From the IMG/VR virus record IMGVR_UViG_3300022839_000006, positions 124,001 to 188,000 of that record: DNA of 64,000 nt; one strand, 5' to 3'. Below the pieces are notes generated by a model. The model did no database searches. It was not told the DNA's origin and saw only the letters and a list, made by a program, of their open reading frames with translations. Positions 49,224-58,113 of the stretch are shown piece by piece. Each line of letters opens with the position of its first letter. Position 1 is the first letter of the stretch. A program made the translations under genes and the position numbers.

Positions 49224-50465
49224 ATGAAAAAATATCTTGTAGGTGGTGCAGTTCGCGACATGCAAATGGGTATTGAGCCTAAAGATCTAGATTATGTTGT
49301 AGTAGGTGCTACACATGAACAAATGATTGCTAGTGGGTTCGAGCACGTTGGTGCCGATTTCCCCGTGTTTCTACATCCTGTTACGAGTGATGAGTATGCG
49401 CTGGCACGACGTGAAAAGAAGACAGGCGTAGGATACGTCGGATTCACGTCTGAATTTGGTGTGGGTGTGACCCTGGAGGAGGATCTAGGGAGGAGAGACA
49501 TTACTGTTAACAGCATGGCATATGACATTGATGAAGGACTAATCGATCCGTTCAACGGTCAAGACGATGTTGCTAACAAAGTTCTTCGTCATACCGGCAC
49601 TGCCTTTGTTGAAGATCCTGTTCGTGTTCTCCGGATCGCACGACTTCGCGCACGATTTGGCTCGGAGTGGACAGTTGCACCTGAGACAAAGGTTCTAATT
49701 TATCGTATGGCCAAATCGGGCATTCTCAATGAGCTGCAAGCAGATCGTGTGTGGAAAGAAATGAGCCGTGCACTGATGGAGCCAAATCCACAGCTTTTCT
49801 TTGACACACTACTTGAGTGTGATGCGCTTCATGTTATATTTCCTGAAATCTACAAACTGCTGACCGCACTGGAAAGTAACCGTTGGCACCCAGAGAAAAC
49901 AGCGCTAGCACATACAATGCTTGTGCTCGAGCAATCTGCAAGGTTTGATTTTCCTCTTGATGTACGCTTTGCGTGTCTCGTTCATGACATTGGAAAGGGA
50001 CTCACACGTTTTGAGAATCTTCCAAGTCACTTTGGCCATGATGTCAATGGGGTGGCTCTTGTAGAAGCGTTTGCAAACCGAATTTCAGTTCCTGCAAAAA
50101 TTCGTGACCACGCGAAGAAGGCAACACGCTACCATATGAGCATGCATAAACTCAGTACGTTGAACGACAAGACGTTTGTTAAGATGTTTGATGCTATGAG
50201 TGTTAAGAACGACCCACGCAGCGTAGAGGTTTTACTTTGCGTTGGTATTTGCGACGAGAGAGGACGTCTTGGCTCTGAAAACAATTCTATTGACCACCTC
50301 AACGATCTGACCACGTTGTTTGAAGCATATGACAGCGTGAAGTTTACTAATGTTTTCCCAAACGGTCAAACAAACGTCAACAAGATCAAAGACGGAATGT
50401 TCAAGGCGAGAATCCAAGCGATTAAATCAGCCAGAGCCTCTATCCGATCTGATTGTAAATTATAA
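49224..50465 (+). CDS. cca: Multifunctional CCA-adding tRNA nucleotidyltransferase with HD domain
   Basis: YLVGGAVRD..D.D, ALAR.E.K, EEDL.RRD.T.N, EDP.R.LR.AR, HPE...H, HDIGKG. Confidence 0.95.
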   Translation: MKKYLVGGAVRDMQMGIEPKDLDYVVVGATHEQMIASGFEHVGADFPVFLHPVTSDEYALARREKKTGVGYVGFTSEFGVGVTLEEDLGRRDITVNSMAYDIDEGLIDPFNGQDDVANKVLRHTGTAFVEDPVRVLRIARLRARFGSEWTVAPETKVLIYRMAKSGILNELQADRVWKEMSRALMEPNPQLFFDTLLECDALHVIFPEIYKLLTALESNRWHPEKTALAHTMLVLEQSARFDFPLDVRFACLVHDIGKGLTRFENLPSHFGHDVNGVALVEAFANRISVPAKIRDHAKKATRYHMSMHKLSTLNDKTFVKMFDAMSVKNDPRSVEVLLCVGICDERGRLGSENNSIDHLNDLTTLFEAYDSVKFTNVFPNGQTNVNKIKDGMFKARIQAIKSARASIRSDCKL

Positions 50466-50498
50466 ATAAAGCACATACTTTACAAGAGGCTTACTCCA

Positions 50499-51119
50499 AT
50501 GATGTCATTTAAACAGCACGTGAATGAAAACTATAAGAATTTTATAGGACCTGTAGAAACAAGAATTCAACGTGAGAAGTGGATTGATCGGGTGTGGGAC
50601 ATCGTACAGAAGTCTTACGCACCGATTGGTGGAATTCAAGGTAGCGGTTTTGGCTCTAAAAAAGATATGATCGAAAAGATCCCCTTTTGGAAATTGTACA
50701 CAAAAGGGGATAACCTTGTGGCTGCAGCCTTCTATAAAGATAAAGGCGGCAGAAAGTCAGTGGCAATTGCCACTGACGGGTCCGATCTTGGTAAGAAAGT
50801 TGTTGGAGATATTTTTAAGGCGTCTCTTGGTGTTTCATATGGTGAAAAGTCAGGACCTTCTCTTGCAATGATGATAAAAACAGTCCCGTGGGACGTGTTG
50901 CAGAACTTCATGCTTACACCAAAGCAAATATCAAAAATTAGTAGCGTGGACGTAATGACAGTGGCAGAGTTTGGTGTAGAACAATTGAACACGAAAGACA
51001 AATTAACGTACGACAAATTTCCTCAATTACGTCCTTTCTTCTACATCAGATCACTTGGCGGTGAGATGCATCTGAAAGCTGCTATGGGAACTCCAAATCT
51101 TGGTATAATGTCAAAATAG
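50499..51119 (+). CDS. Late protein with capsid-targeting-like N-terminus
   Basis: TATAAATA at 50461; N-terminus MMSFKQHVNE. Confidence 0.65.
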   Translation: MMSFKQHVNENYKNFIGPVETRIQREKWIDRVWDIVQKSYAPIGGIQGSGFGSKKDMIEKIPFWKLYTKGDNLVAAAFYKDKGGRKSVAIATDGSDLGKKVVGDIFKASLGVSYGEKSGPSLAMMIKTVPWDVLQNFMLTPKQISKISSVDVMTVAEFGVEQLNTKDKLTYDKFPQLRPFFYIRSLGGEMHLKAAMGTPNLGIMSK

Positions 51120-51171
51120 CGTTGACGTCTGTCTGTATTCAGCTTATAGATACACACAAGGAGACCGCACA

Positions 51172-51756
51172 ATGTATTACATTTACTTACACGGCTTTAA
51201 TTCGGCATACGGATCAGATTCGCAGAAGGTTGTAGATCTATCTACAATTGGTGAAGTCTCGGGTATTACGTACGACACCTTTGATACGTTCTCGAACATA
51301 TTTAAGTACATCGTCAGCCAAGTTCCTGATTCCTCAGACGTTGTGTTTGTTGGAACGTCACTCGGTGGTTTCTGGGCTGCGCAGATGGGTCACTACTTTG
51401 GTGTTCCGTCTATCATAATTAATCCGTGTACTGACCCGTTTACAATGCTTCGTAAGTATGTAGGAATGCCGCAAGTGAACTACCAGACGGGCGAAGAGCA
51501 GGTTTTAACGGACCGTGACGTAGATACCTATTACACAGCTCCGTTGAAGAGTTGTAAAAAAACGTTTGGTGTACTTCCTCTAGTGTTACTTGATATGGGT
51601 GATGCAGTCATCGCTTCGCGCGAAACGGTGGTCACTCTTGAAGGGTTCCCAACCAATACATGGGAAGGTGGGAGTCACCGGTTTGAACACATGAAGGAAG
51701 CACTCGAACACATCGCTGCGTATGTCAATCACGCCTCATACGTCTGTAACACATAA
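51172..51756 (+). CDS. YqiA/YcfP-like alpha/beta hydrolase
   Basis: YLHGFNS, GTSLGG, INP, D..I, GG.H.F. Confidence 0.9.
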   Translation: MYYIYLHGFNSAYGSDSQKVVDLSTIGEVSGITYDTFDTFSNIFKYIVSQVPDSSDVVFVGTSLGGFWAAQMGHYFGVPSIIINPCTDPFTMLRKYVGMPQVNYQTGEEQVLTDRDVDTYYTAPLKSCKKTFGVLPLVLLDMGDAVIASRETVVTLEGFPTNTWEGGSHRFEHMKEALEHIAAYVNHASYVCNT

Positions 51757-51947
51757 CACACATGTAGTACAGATAAGGCAAGAAAAATGTTTGAGGCTGC
51801 TTGCATGATATTCTGTAAAGAAAAGACTGTTGATGGAATAATGAGTATCTATAACATCATTGAAGAGGAAGCAGTTGCTCTTGTTGAAGCATGCAAGTAA
51901 CATCAACACCAACCCACGTTCCCCACACAATGAAAGCGAATATAACA

Positions 51948-52132
51948 TGTATAGTGTCTTTTTTACTCGGCCATACTCTAACAAACCGCAATCTGCCAAG
52001 TGTCGCACGTATGCGCGTGCTCTGGATCGTCTTGACGAGGAACTGTCAAACGGCTCTGTCAAGTGCCAAATGGTTTATCGAGACACAGACGAGTCTCTTG
52101 AGCGTGAGGAACAATTCCTCTACGAAGATTGA
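51948..52132 (+). CDS. Hypothetical protein
   Basis: MYSVFFTR... internal ATG of track ORF 51860..52132. Confidence 0.45.
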
Positions 52133-52191
52133 AAGTGTTGATCCCCATGAGTTAAACAAGTATCTATGTTTTAAGCGATGAAAGGCTTCAA

Positions 52192-52368
52192 ATGCAAAAA
52201 GAAACACGAGCTCTGATTCATACAATCAACAACAATTATTTCACACCTATCAGTTTGTATTCTAAAACTGATAGGGTGGTGGCGAAACTCTGTCCCAAAA
52301 TTGGGAACACAGAAGGTAAAAAGTACATCCGCATTTCTTTAAACGGATCTGCGTGGACGGGAGCTTGA
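52192..52368 (+). CDS. Small hypothetical protein (58 aa)
   Basis: Manual ORF MQKETRALIH...; its stop overlaps the TTG start of tilS. Confidence 0.45.
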   Translation: MQKETRALIHTINNNYFTPISLYSKTDRVVAKLCPKIGNTEGKKYIRISLNGSAWTGA

Positions 52369-52973
52369 TTAAAATTCAAGGGAAAATTGACCGTGAAGTA
52401 AACGTTGCCTGCTCAGGTGGAATCGACTCCATGGCTGTTGTCGACTTCCTGATGCAAAACCACAAAGTGAATTTGTTGTTTTTTGATCATGGCACAGAGA
52501 CATCAACAGATGCAAGAAACTTCATCACAGAAAAATTCACACAAAGAGAGTTTTCTGATGATACGCGTGTCGAATTTGGCAACGTCCAAAACACAAAATC
52601 GAAATCAGAATCGTGGGAAGAGTACTGGAGGAATGAACGGTATGCGTGGTTCCACTCATTTGACAGCCCTGTTATTACCTGCCACCATCTTGACGATTGT
52701 GTTGAAACGTGGCTGTGGTCATCCATTCACGGGAATGGTAAGATTATCCCATATGCAAACCTAAACGTCATCCGTCCGTTCCGCCAGAACAGAAAAGCAG
52801 AATTTGCCAACTGGGCAAGACGTAAAGATGTGTCATGGATCGAAGACGTGTCCAATCAAGATGTGAAATATATGAGAAACTTCATTCGTCGTGATCTGAT
52901 GCCAAAAGCATTGGTTGTCAACCCTGGACTGCACAAAGTTGTGGAAAAGAAGGTTGGGGCAGATGCACCCTAA
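52365..52973 (+). CDS. tilS: tRNA(Ile)-lysidine synthetase, catalytic domain only
   Basis: PP-loop SGGIDS, E...R..RY, HHLDD..ET, IRP, W.ED.SN...RN.IR. Confidence 0.88.
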   Translation: MIKIQGKIDREVNVACSGGIDSMAVVDFLMQNHKVNLLFFDHGTETSTDARNFITEKFTQREFSDDTRVEFGNVQNTKSKSESWEEYWRNERYAWFHSFDSPVITCHHLDDCVETWLWSSIHGNGKIIPYANLNVIRPFRQNRKAEFANWARRKDVSWIEDVSNQDVKYMRNFIRRDLMPKALVVNPGLHKVVEKKVGADAP

Positions 52974-53133
52974 CGACGACGAGTATCAACAGTTCAAGCA
53001 ATCTTTTTGGTTGTGGTTTGATGGGATGTCGATTGGAGAGAAAGAAAAGTTTTGGAGTTATAAAGATGACATGTCCGAAACGAACTACTACTTCTCTATG
53101 TGGTCAAAAATTAACAAGGACAACTACAAATGA
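52963..53133 (+). CDS. Hypothetical protein
   Basis: Aromatic-rich 56-aa ORF overlapping both neighbours. Confidence 0.55.
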   Translation: MHPNDDEYQQFKQSFWLWFDGMSIGEKEKFWSYKDDMSETNYYFSMWSKINKDNYK

Positions 53134-53492
53134 AACCTCTAATTCACGCGCGGAACTCAGTTAAGCGATACGGCGGAACAGTTGAAGATTATCTCGAAGT
53201 TCACAACTGGCTCGACAGTACAAAAGCGTCCACAGCAAATTTTTACCATCGAGCAATTCTCCACAATACGTTTGGAATCTTCCTTTGTGAGCAGTTGTTT
53301 GGCGTGTACGTTACTAATACAGATGGCAAGCAAGTATCTGTACGGGACGTTGCCGAGGATCATGTCAAAGAAGATTGTCAAGGTAGGATCCCTACCATCG
53401 ATCAGTGGCTTGGGGACTTGCCACCACAAGATTGGATGGTCGGCAAAGGTTTGCGAAAGCACATAATGAGTATAGGAATGGAGGCTGATTAA
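53130..53492 (+). CDS. His-rich conserved phage protein (DUF6915-like)
   Basis: P..HA..S...YGG..EDY...H.W.D..K...HRA..H...E.HV.ED. Confidence 0.7.
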   Translation: MKPLIHARNSVKRYGGTVEDYLEVHNWLDSTKASTANFYHRAILHNTFGIFLCEQLFGVYVTNTDGKQVSVRDVAEDHVKEDCQGRIPTIDQWLGDLPPQDWMVGKGLRKHIMSIGMEAD

Positions 53493-53779
53493 TGGAAAGA
53501 CAAGAGTTTAACGAGATTGTAGATGGTGACGGCGAAGACTATTTGCACGTCAATAGTGTAACCATTGAAGATCAGAGTCGGTGGTCGATCTATAAGAGTG
53601 TTGTAGTGCAGCAGTTTTCGACAGGGAAATTCTTCAAGTGTTATTGGGGTGAAGGCGCCACAGAGATACAAGATGGCCAAGACGAGATGTGGTCCATCAA
53701 TGAGGTCGAATCCTACACTGTTTCTGAAACAAAATGGAGACCCGTCAAAGATGGGATTTTAATTGAAGGGAGTTGCTGA
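53492..53779 (+). CDS. Hypothetical phage protein
   Basis: SRW....GATE.QD motif; coupled start. Confidence 0.65.
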   Translation: MERQEFNEIVDGDGEDYLHVNSVTIEDQSRWSIYKSVVVQQFSTGKFFKCYWGEGATEIQDGQDEMWSINEVESYTVSETKWRPVKDGILIEGSC

Positions 53780-53781
53780 AA

Positions 53782-54456
53782 ATGGACACAAAAACACTCA
53801 AACTGCTGAAATTTGAATGTGGTGAGCTTAACAACCAGATAGAAGCACTAAAGACGAAGGCGCAAGCGAAGTCGCGTGACCTGATGGCAGAAGGGTTCAA
53901 AGAGTTTTTTACGTGTCATGGGGAGCTTGTTGAAAACCTGTTTTGGACTCAATATACCCCACATTTCAACGACGGAGAGGAATGTTCGTTTGGTGTCAAC
54001 GAGGTCTGTATATTGCTCAAGGGCGACGAAGAAGCGTGCGAGTGTGAAGGGTCGCTACTGTATGACCAAGAGAGAATTGTTGAAATTGAAAATGACATTG
54101 CCACAACTATCGCATGGCAAAAAGATCCTATTGGCGTAGCACAGAAGTACGCAGATGATTATTTCGCAAAGTATAAGAGGGATCTGTTCCAAGCAAATAT
54201 TTGGGACAGAGAAACTGTTCAACAAAAAATGAAAAAATGGACACCGTGTCGTCAGAGCATCGTCGAACTTAATAGTGAGCTACTGTTTGCTACGCAGTTT
54301 GTTTCGAAAAGCAAGAATCTCAAAAAAGACTTCAAACAGATCAAGAGGACAGTTGAATCAATGGACGACGATATGATGAAAATGGTGTTTGGTAATCATG
54401 TCAAAGTGATTGTTTCTAGGGACAGTATTGACGTGGAAGAATATCATCACGACTGA
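53782..54456 (+). CDS. Conserved hypothetical phage protein
   Basis: W.QYTP.FNDGE.C.F and FG.H..V...EY.HD. Confidence 0.7.
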   Translation: MDTKTLKLLKFECGELNNQIEALKTKAQAKSRDLMAEGFKEFFTCHGELVENLFWTQYTPHFNDGEECSFGVNEVCILLKGDEEACECEGSLLYDQERIVEIENDIATTIAWQKDPIGVAQKYADDYFAKYKRDLFQANIWDRETVQQKMKKWTPCRQSIVELNSELLFATQFVSKSKNLKKDFKQIKRTVESMDDDMMKMVFGNHVKVIVSRDSIDVEEYHHD

Positions 54457-54485
54457 TGCTTATTGAAAAATGAAAGGAATCCACC

Positions 54486-54737
54486 ATGTTTGAAGTTATA
54501 ATTATGATTTGTGCTAGTTCTTTTGCACTTGAGGTCGATTTTGACAATTGCATATACATAAAGGATGCGTGGGGTCCGTATAAGACAGAACACTACTGTG
54601 AGATAAGGTCAGATCAATTGTCAGAAGAACTACTTGTTGGTGAGCTTAATAGGCACTTTACAGTAATGTTAGACTATCCTGAGATGTTGTCTGCAATGGG
54701 ACATTGTCGAAAAGTGGACGGCGATGAAATGACATAA
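54486..54737 (+). CDS. Small Cys-containing, possibly exported protein
   Basis: Hydrophobic N-terminus; GPY....C motif. Confidence 0.55.
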   Translation: MFEVIIMICASSFALEVDFDNCIYIKDAWGPYKTEHYCEIRSDQLSEELLVGELNRHFTVMLDYPEMLSAMGHCRKVDGDEMT

Positions 54738-54765
54738 ATAACTGTAACCTCTAAATAGGAAGCAG

Positions 54766-55077
54766 TTGATGAATACGTTTAAGGAATATATCGTTGAGTC
54801 AGAAGCACAGCTCAAAGCAGCAGGTGTTTCAAAATACAATGAACCAAAAAGAACACCCTCACATGCAACAAAATCGCACGTGGTTGTCGCCAAAGAGGGT
54901 GGTAAAATTAAACTGATTCGGTTTGGTGAGCAAGGTGCTGAAACTGCTGGTGAGCCCAAAAAAGGCGAATCTGATAGAATGATAGCCAAGCGCAAATCGT
55001 TCAAAGCGCGACACGGTGAAGACATCGCTCGCGGCAAAATGAGTGCAGCATATTGGTCCGACAAAGAAAAGTGGTAA
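54766..55077 (+). CDS. Small basic late protein with capsid-targeting-like N-terminus
   Basis: CATAAATA at 54733; MNTFKEYIVE; K.IRFG.QG, SF.ARH, SA.YW...W. Confidence 0.7.
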   Translation: MMNTFKEYIVESEAQLKAAGVSKYNEPKRTPSHATKSHVVVAKEGGKIKLIRFGEQGAETAGEPKKGESDRMIAKRKSFKARHGEDIARGKMSAAYWSDKEKW

Positions 55078-55158
55078 TTGACAATGACTACCGTTGACTA
55101 AAAAGGTAGTCATTGTATACTACGGATCTGTGTATAACCTACAAATGGAAGATTTATT

Positions 55159-55602
55159 ATGAAAATTGAGTATCGTCGCGGCGATGTGTTAACCACAGAC
55201 ATCGCCCACATTATCCACGGCTGTAATAGTCACGGAGTGATGGGCTCTGGCGTTGCTAAGATGGTCAGATCAAAATATCCCCCAGCATATCAAAGATACG
55301 TAGATGAGTATAACCGTGTCGGTCTTGAACTGGGCACGGTCATCCCTTCTATCCAACGTGACGACAAAGTGATTTACAACGCCATCACGCAGCAAAACTA
55401 CGGCAACAATAAAAATGTAGTGTATGTGTCATATTGGGCCATTGCTGAAGCTTTCAGATACATTGACTCGGCCGTCAACATTAAACAGATTGCGCTGCCG
55501 ATGATTGGTGCAGGATTAGCAAATGGAAATTGGGACGTAATCTCCGCAATTATAGAAAACACCCTGACACGAACATTGCCTGTGGTATACGTCTATGGGT
55601 GA
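55159..55602 (+). CDS. Macrodomain (ADP-ribose processing) protein
   Basis: GDV...I.HGCN..G.MGSGVA and P.IGAGLA.G.W. Confidence 0.9.
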   Translation: MKIEYRRGDVLTTDIAHIIHGCNSHGVMGSGVAKMVRSKYPPAYQRYVDEYNRVGLELGTVIPSIQRDDKVIYNAITQQNYGNNKNVVYVSYWAIAEAFRYIDSAVNIKQIALPMIGAGLANGNWDVISAIIENTLTRTLPVVYVYG

Positions 55603-55824
55603 TTTGTGGTCTTCGTGTCACGTTGAACAAACACTAAAAGGTTGGACGATTTTATATCCTGACAACACAAGCGCTTGGTCTCAATCTTTCAAAACGAGGG
55701 GTTGGGCTACAAGAACGCTTAATTGGCTCAACAAACAGTAGTAATTACGATAGTTGACATTGTGTAATTCCGCATATATAAATAGTCTTACGTGTGCGAA
55801 GTTTTAACAAAGAAAGCAAATCCA

Positions 55825-55992
55825 ATGAAGCAAAAGAAGAAAAAGGGCCTGCCCAAACAAAGAAACGAATTTGTTGTGCAGCTGATTCAAAGAGCAGGAG
55901 CAGGTGCAGGAAGCCATCAGAAGTCGAAAAAGGCTTCGAGACGTAACGATAAAATGAAACTGAACAAGGAATGGTCAATCAAGGTCACTTAA
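55825..55992 (+). CDS. ArfA-like small basic protein
   Basis: 55 aa, K/R-rich, RN..V..L...GAG.H.KSKK..RR; stop codon in the loop of a long hairpin (55966-56020); overlapping TTGACA-N17-TATAAA and TATAAATA promoters. Confidence 0.55.
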   Translation: MKQKKKKGLPKQRNEFVVQLIQRAGAGAGSHQKSKKASRRNDKMKLNKEWSIKVT

Positions 55993-56083
55993 TCACAGTG
56001 TCTTTCATTGACTGTTCCTTTTAATGTTTTATACATTGTAACTGTCAGAACCCCCCAATTACCCCAAACAGGAGGCTTGAACT

Positions 56084-56281
56084 GTGTTTCAGCTTAATAG
56101 ACGCGACCAGAGATTTACTCAGGAAGAACGTGACATGATCGATGCAGCAGTTAAAGCAGGTAATGTAAGCATCGTTGAATTAGGGAGTGTAGGCTATGTT
56201 GATAAGTTTCAACAGAAGAGGGATGATGCACGTAAAGAGCGTGCAAGATTGCGAGCGATTGAAAAGAAGGCTGAAGAGTAA
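56084..56281 (+). CDS. Hypothetical protein
   Basis: AGGAGG SD, GTG start. Confidence 0.55.
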   Translation: MFQLNRRDQRFTQEERDMIDAAVKAGNVSIVELGSVGYVDKFQQKRDDARKERARLRAIEKKAEE

Positions 56282-56283
56282 TC

Positions 56284-58113
56284 ATGACTGAAAAATTTGA
56301 AATACTGACACCACGTCAACATGTAAGGCTAAAAACAGGGATGTGGCTTGGATCGACATCTATTGAGGAGATTGATAGGTTTGTTGTGGGCAAGTGGGAT
56401 AGAGTGTCCTATGTGCCAGCATTGTCAAAAATGATCGACGAGATTGTTGATAATAGCATCGACGAAGCAATCAGAACAGACTTCAAGCATGCCAATAAAA
56501 TAGGGGTCTCCGTTGACGGTGATACTGTCACCATCGTTGATAATGGTAGAGGGATCCCACAGGATGATATCCTAGACGTGTCCACCAACGAAATGATTTC
56601 AAGACCTGTTGCAGCGTGGACAAGAAACAATTCTGGTACGAGCTTTTCAAGTGAAAGAACGTCTATTGGCTCGCACGGACTCGGAGCAGCACTTGTAAAT
56701 TATATGTCAACAAGTTTTGTTGGACACACGTGGCAGAATGGTAAATGCATTGAGGTAAATTGCCTCAATGGTGCTGAAACAATTGAGGCAAAAACCAAGA
56801 AGAAAGAAGGGCATGGCACATCTGTATCCTTTACTCCTGATTTCAGTCTTTTGGAAGTTAGTGGAGTATTAGAGCTTGATACTGTTGCTTTGGTTGAAGA
56901 TAGGTTGACGTCTCTACAATTAGCATTTCCTGAAATTCAGTTCTCGTTCAATGGAAGCAAGATTAAGGTAACTGACCTCAAAAAGTATGCGGCGTTGTTT
57001 ACTCCGCAAGATGCGTCCATCGTCGTTGAAAAGACAGACGACTTGTCGTTCTTCTTTGTAGCGTCTGATGACGGATTTCGTTCAAACAGCTTTGTCAACG
57101 GAGTGAATACACGCCAGGGCGGCGTCTATGTTGATTATATTGTCAACAATGTAATGGACGAACTCGGCGGAATGATTAAAAAGAAATACAAAATTGAAGT
57201 TGCTAAATCTACGCTGAAGAACGGAATTACCTTTGTAATGTTTGCGCGTGGTTTCACAAACCCAAAGTTTGACAGTCAGACCAAAGAGAGGTTGACCAAT
57301 CCACTTGTAGATGTTCGGGAGCATTTTGAGAAATCAGGAGCGAAGCCTTTTCAACATATAGCTAAGAGACTGTTTGCAGCACACGACATTATCGAGCCAA
57401 TCATTGCTGCTCAGATTGCAAAGAAAGAGCAGCAGGATCGACGTGAGGCACTTCAAGCACAGAAGAAACTCAAGAAGGTTAAAGTTGCAAAGCACATCTC
57501 TGCTTCTTCGCCTGACGCGACACTCTTCTTGACTGAAGGCCAATCTGCATCAGGTTTCTGCATCAAAGTTCGCGATCCGAAAATGCACGGAATGTATCCT
57601 TTGCGTGGTAAGGTAATGAACATCTGGGACATGAAGGCCTCAGACGTTTTGAAAAACAAAGAACTTAGTGAACTTGTTGCTGTCCTCGGACTAAACATTA
57701 ACGATCCGAGTAGCGCTCAATTTGCTCACTATAAGAACATTGCGATCCTCGCTGATGCTGATAAAGACGGTGGACACATTGCTGCTCTTCTGGTAACATT
57801 CTTCTACAAGTTTTGGCCAAAACTGTTGGCTGATGGTCGGATCAGAATCACGCGAACACCTATTATGATCTCCACAAAGGGCAAGGAGACGTCATGGTTC
57901 TACACGTATAAGGAAGCTGAGGAATTCAAAAAGGATGTTACTAATGGATATGCACACCGATTCATAAAAGGTCTTGGATCTCTCGAAGAGAGTGAATATT
58001 CTGTGATTCTGAACGACCCAACAATGGATCAGGTTACTGTTGATGATGAAGGACTGTTTGAGGTGATGTTTGGCAATGACTCGAGCCTCCGTAAAAAGTT
58101 CATGTTGACATGA
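56284..58113 (+). CDS. gp39: Type II topoisomerase large subunit (gp39+gp60 in one ORF)
   Basis: EIVDNS.DE, DNGRGIP, TEG.SA, PLRGK, DAD.DG.HI, KGLG. Confidence 0.95.
   Translation: MTEKFEILTPRQHVRLKTGMWLGSTSIEEIDRFVVGKWDRVSYVPALSKMIDEIVDNSIDEAIRTDFKHANKIGVSVDGDTVTIVDNGRGIPQDDILDVSTNEMISRPVAAWTRNNSGTSFSSERTSIGSHGLGAALVNYMSTSFVGHTWQNGKCIEVNCLNGAETIEAKTKKKEGHGTSVSFTPDFSLLEVSGVLELDTVALVEDRLTSLQLAFPEIQFSFNGSKIKVTDLKKYAALFTPQDASIVVEKTDDLSFFFVASDDGFRSNSFVNGVNTRQGGVYVDYIVNNVMDELGGMIKKKYKIEVAKSTLKNGITFVMFARGFTNPKFDSQTKERLTNPLVDVREHFEKSGAKPFQHIAKRLFAAHDIIEPIIAAQIAKKEQQDRREALQAQKKLKKVKVAKHISASSPDATLFLTEGQSASGFCIKVRDPKMHGMYPLRGKVMNIWDMKASDVLKNKELSELVAVLGLNINDPSSAQFAHYKNIAILADADKDGGHIAALLVTFFYKFWPKLLADGRIRITRTPIMISTKGKETSWFYTYKEAEEFKKDVTNGYAHRFIKGLGSLEESEYSVILNDPTMDQVTVDDEGLFEVMFGNDSSLRKKFMLT

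Noticed and set aside
52243-52279. Hairpin CACCTATCAGTTT/AAACTGATAGGGTG as a terminator
   Set aside because: It lies inside a plausible small ORF and has no U-tract.
52365-52973. PP-loop ATPase as the missing QueC
   Set aside because: It has TilS motifs (HHLDD..ET, W.ED.SN, RN.IR), lacks the QueC Cys-rich Zn site, and lies far from the cluster.
56284-58113. T4 gene 60-type translational bypass in the topoisomerase
   Set aside because: ATPase and Toprim motifs are in one uninterrupted ORF.
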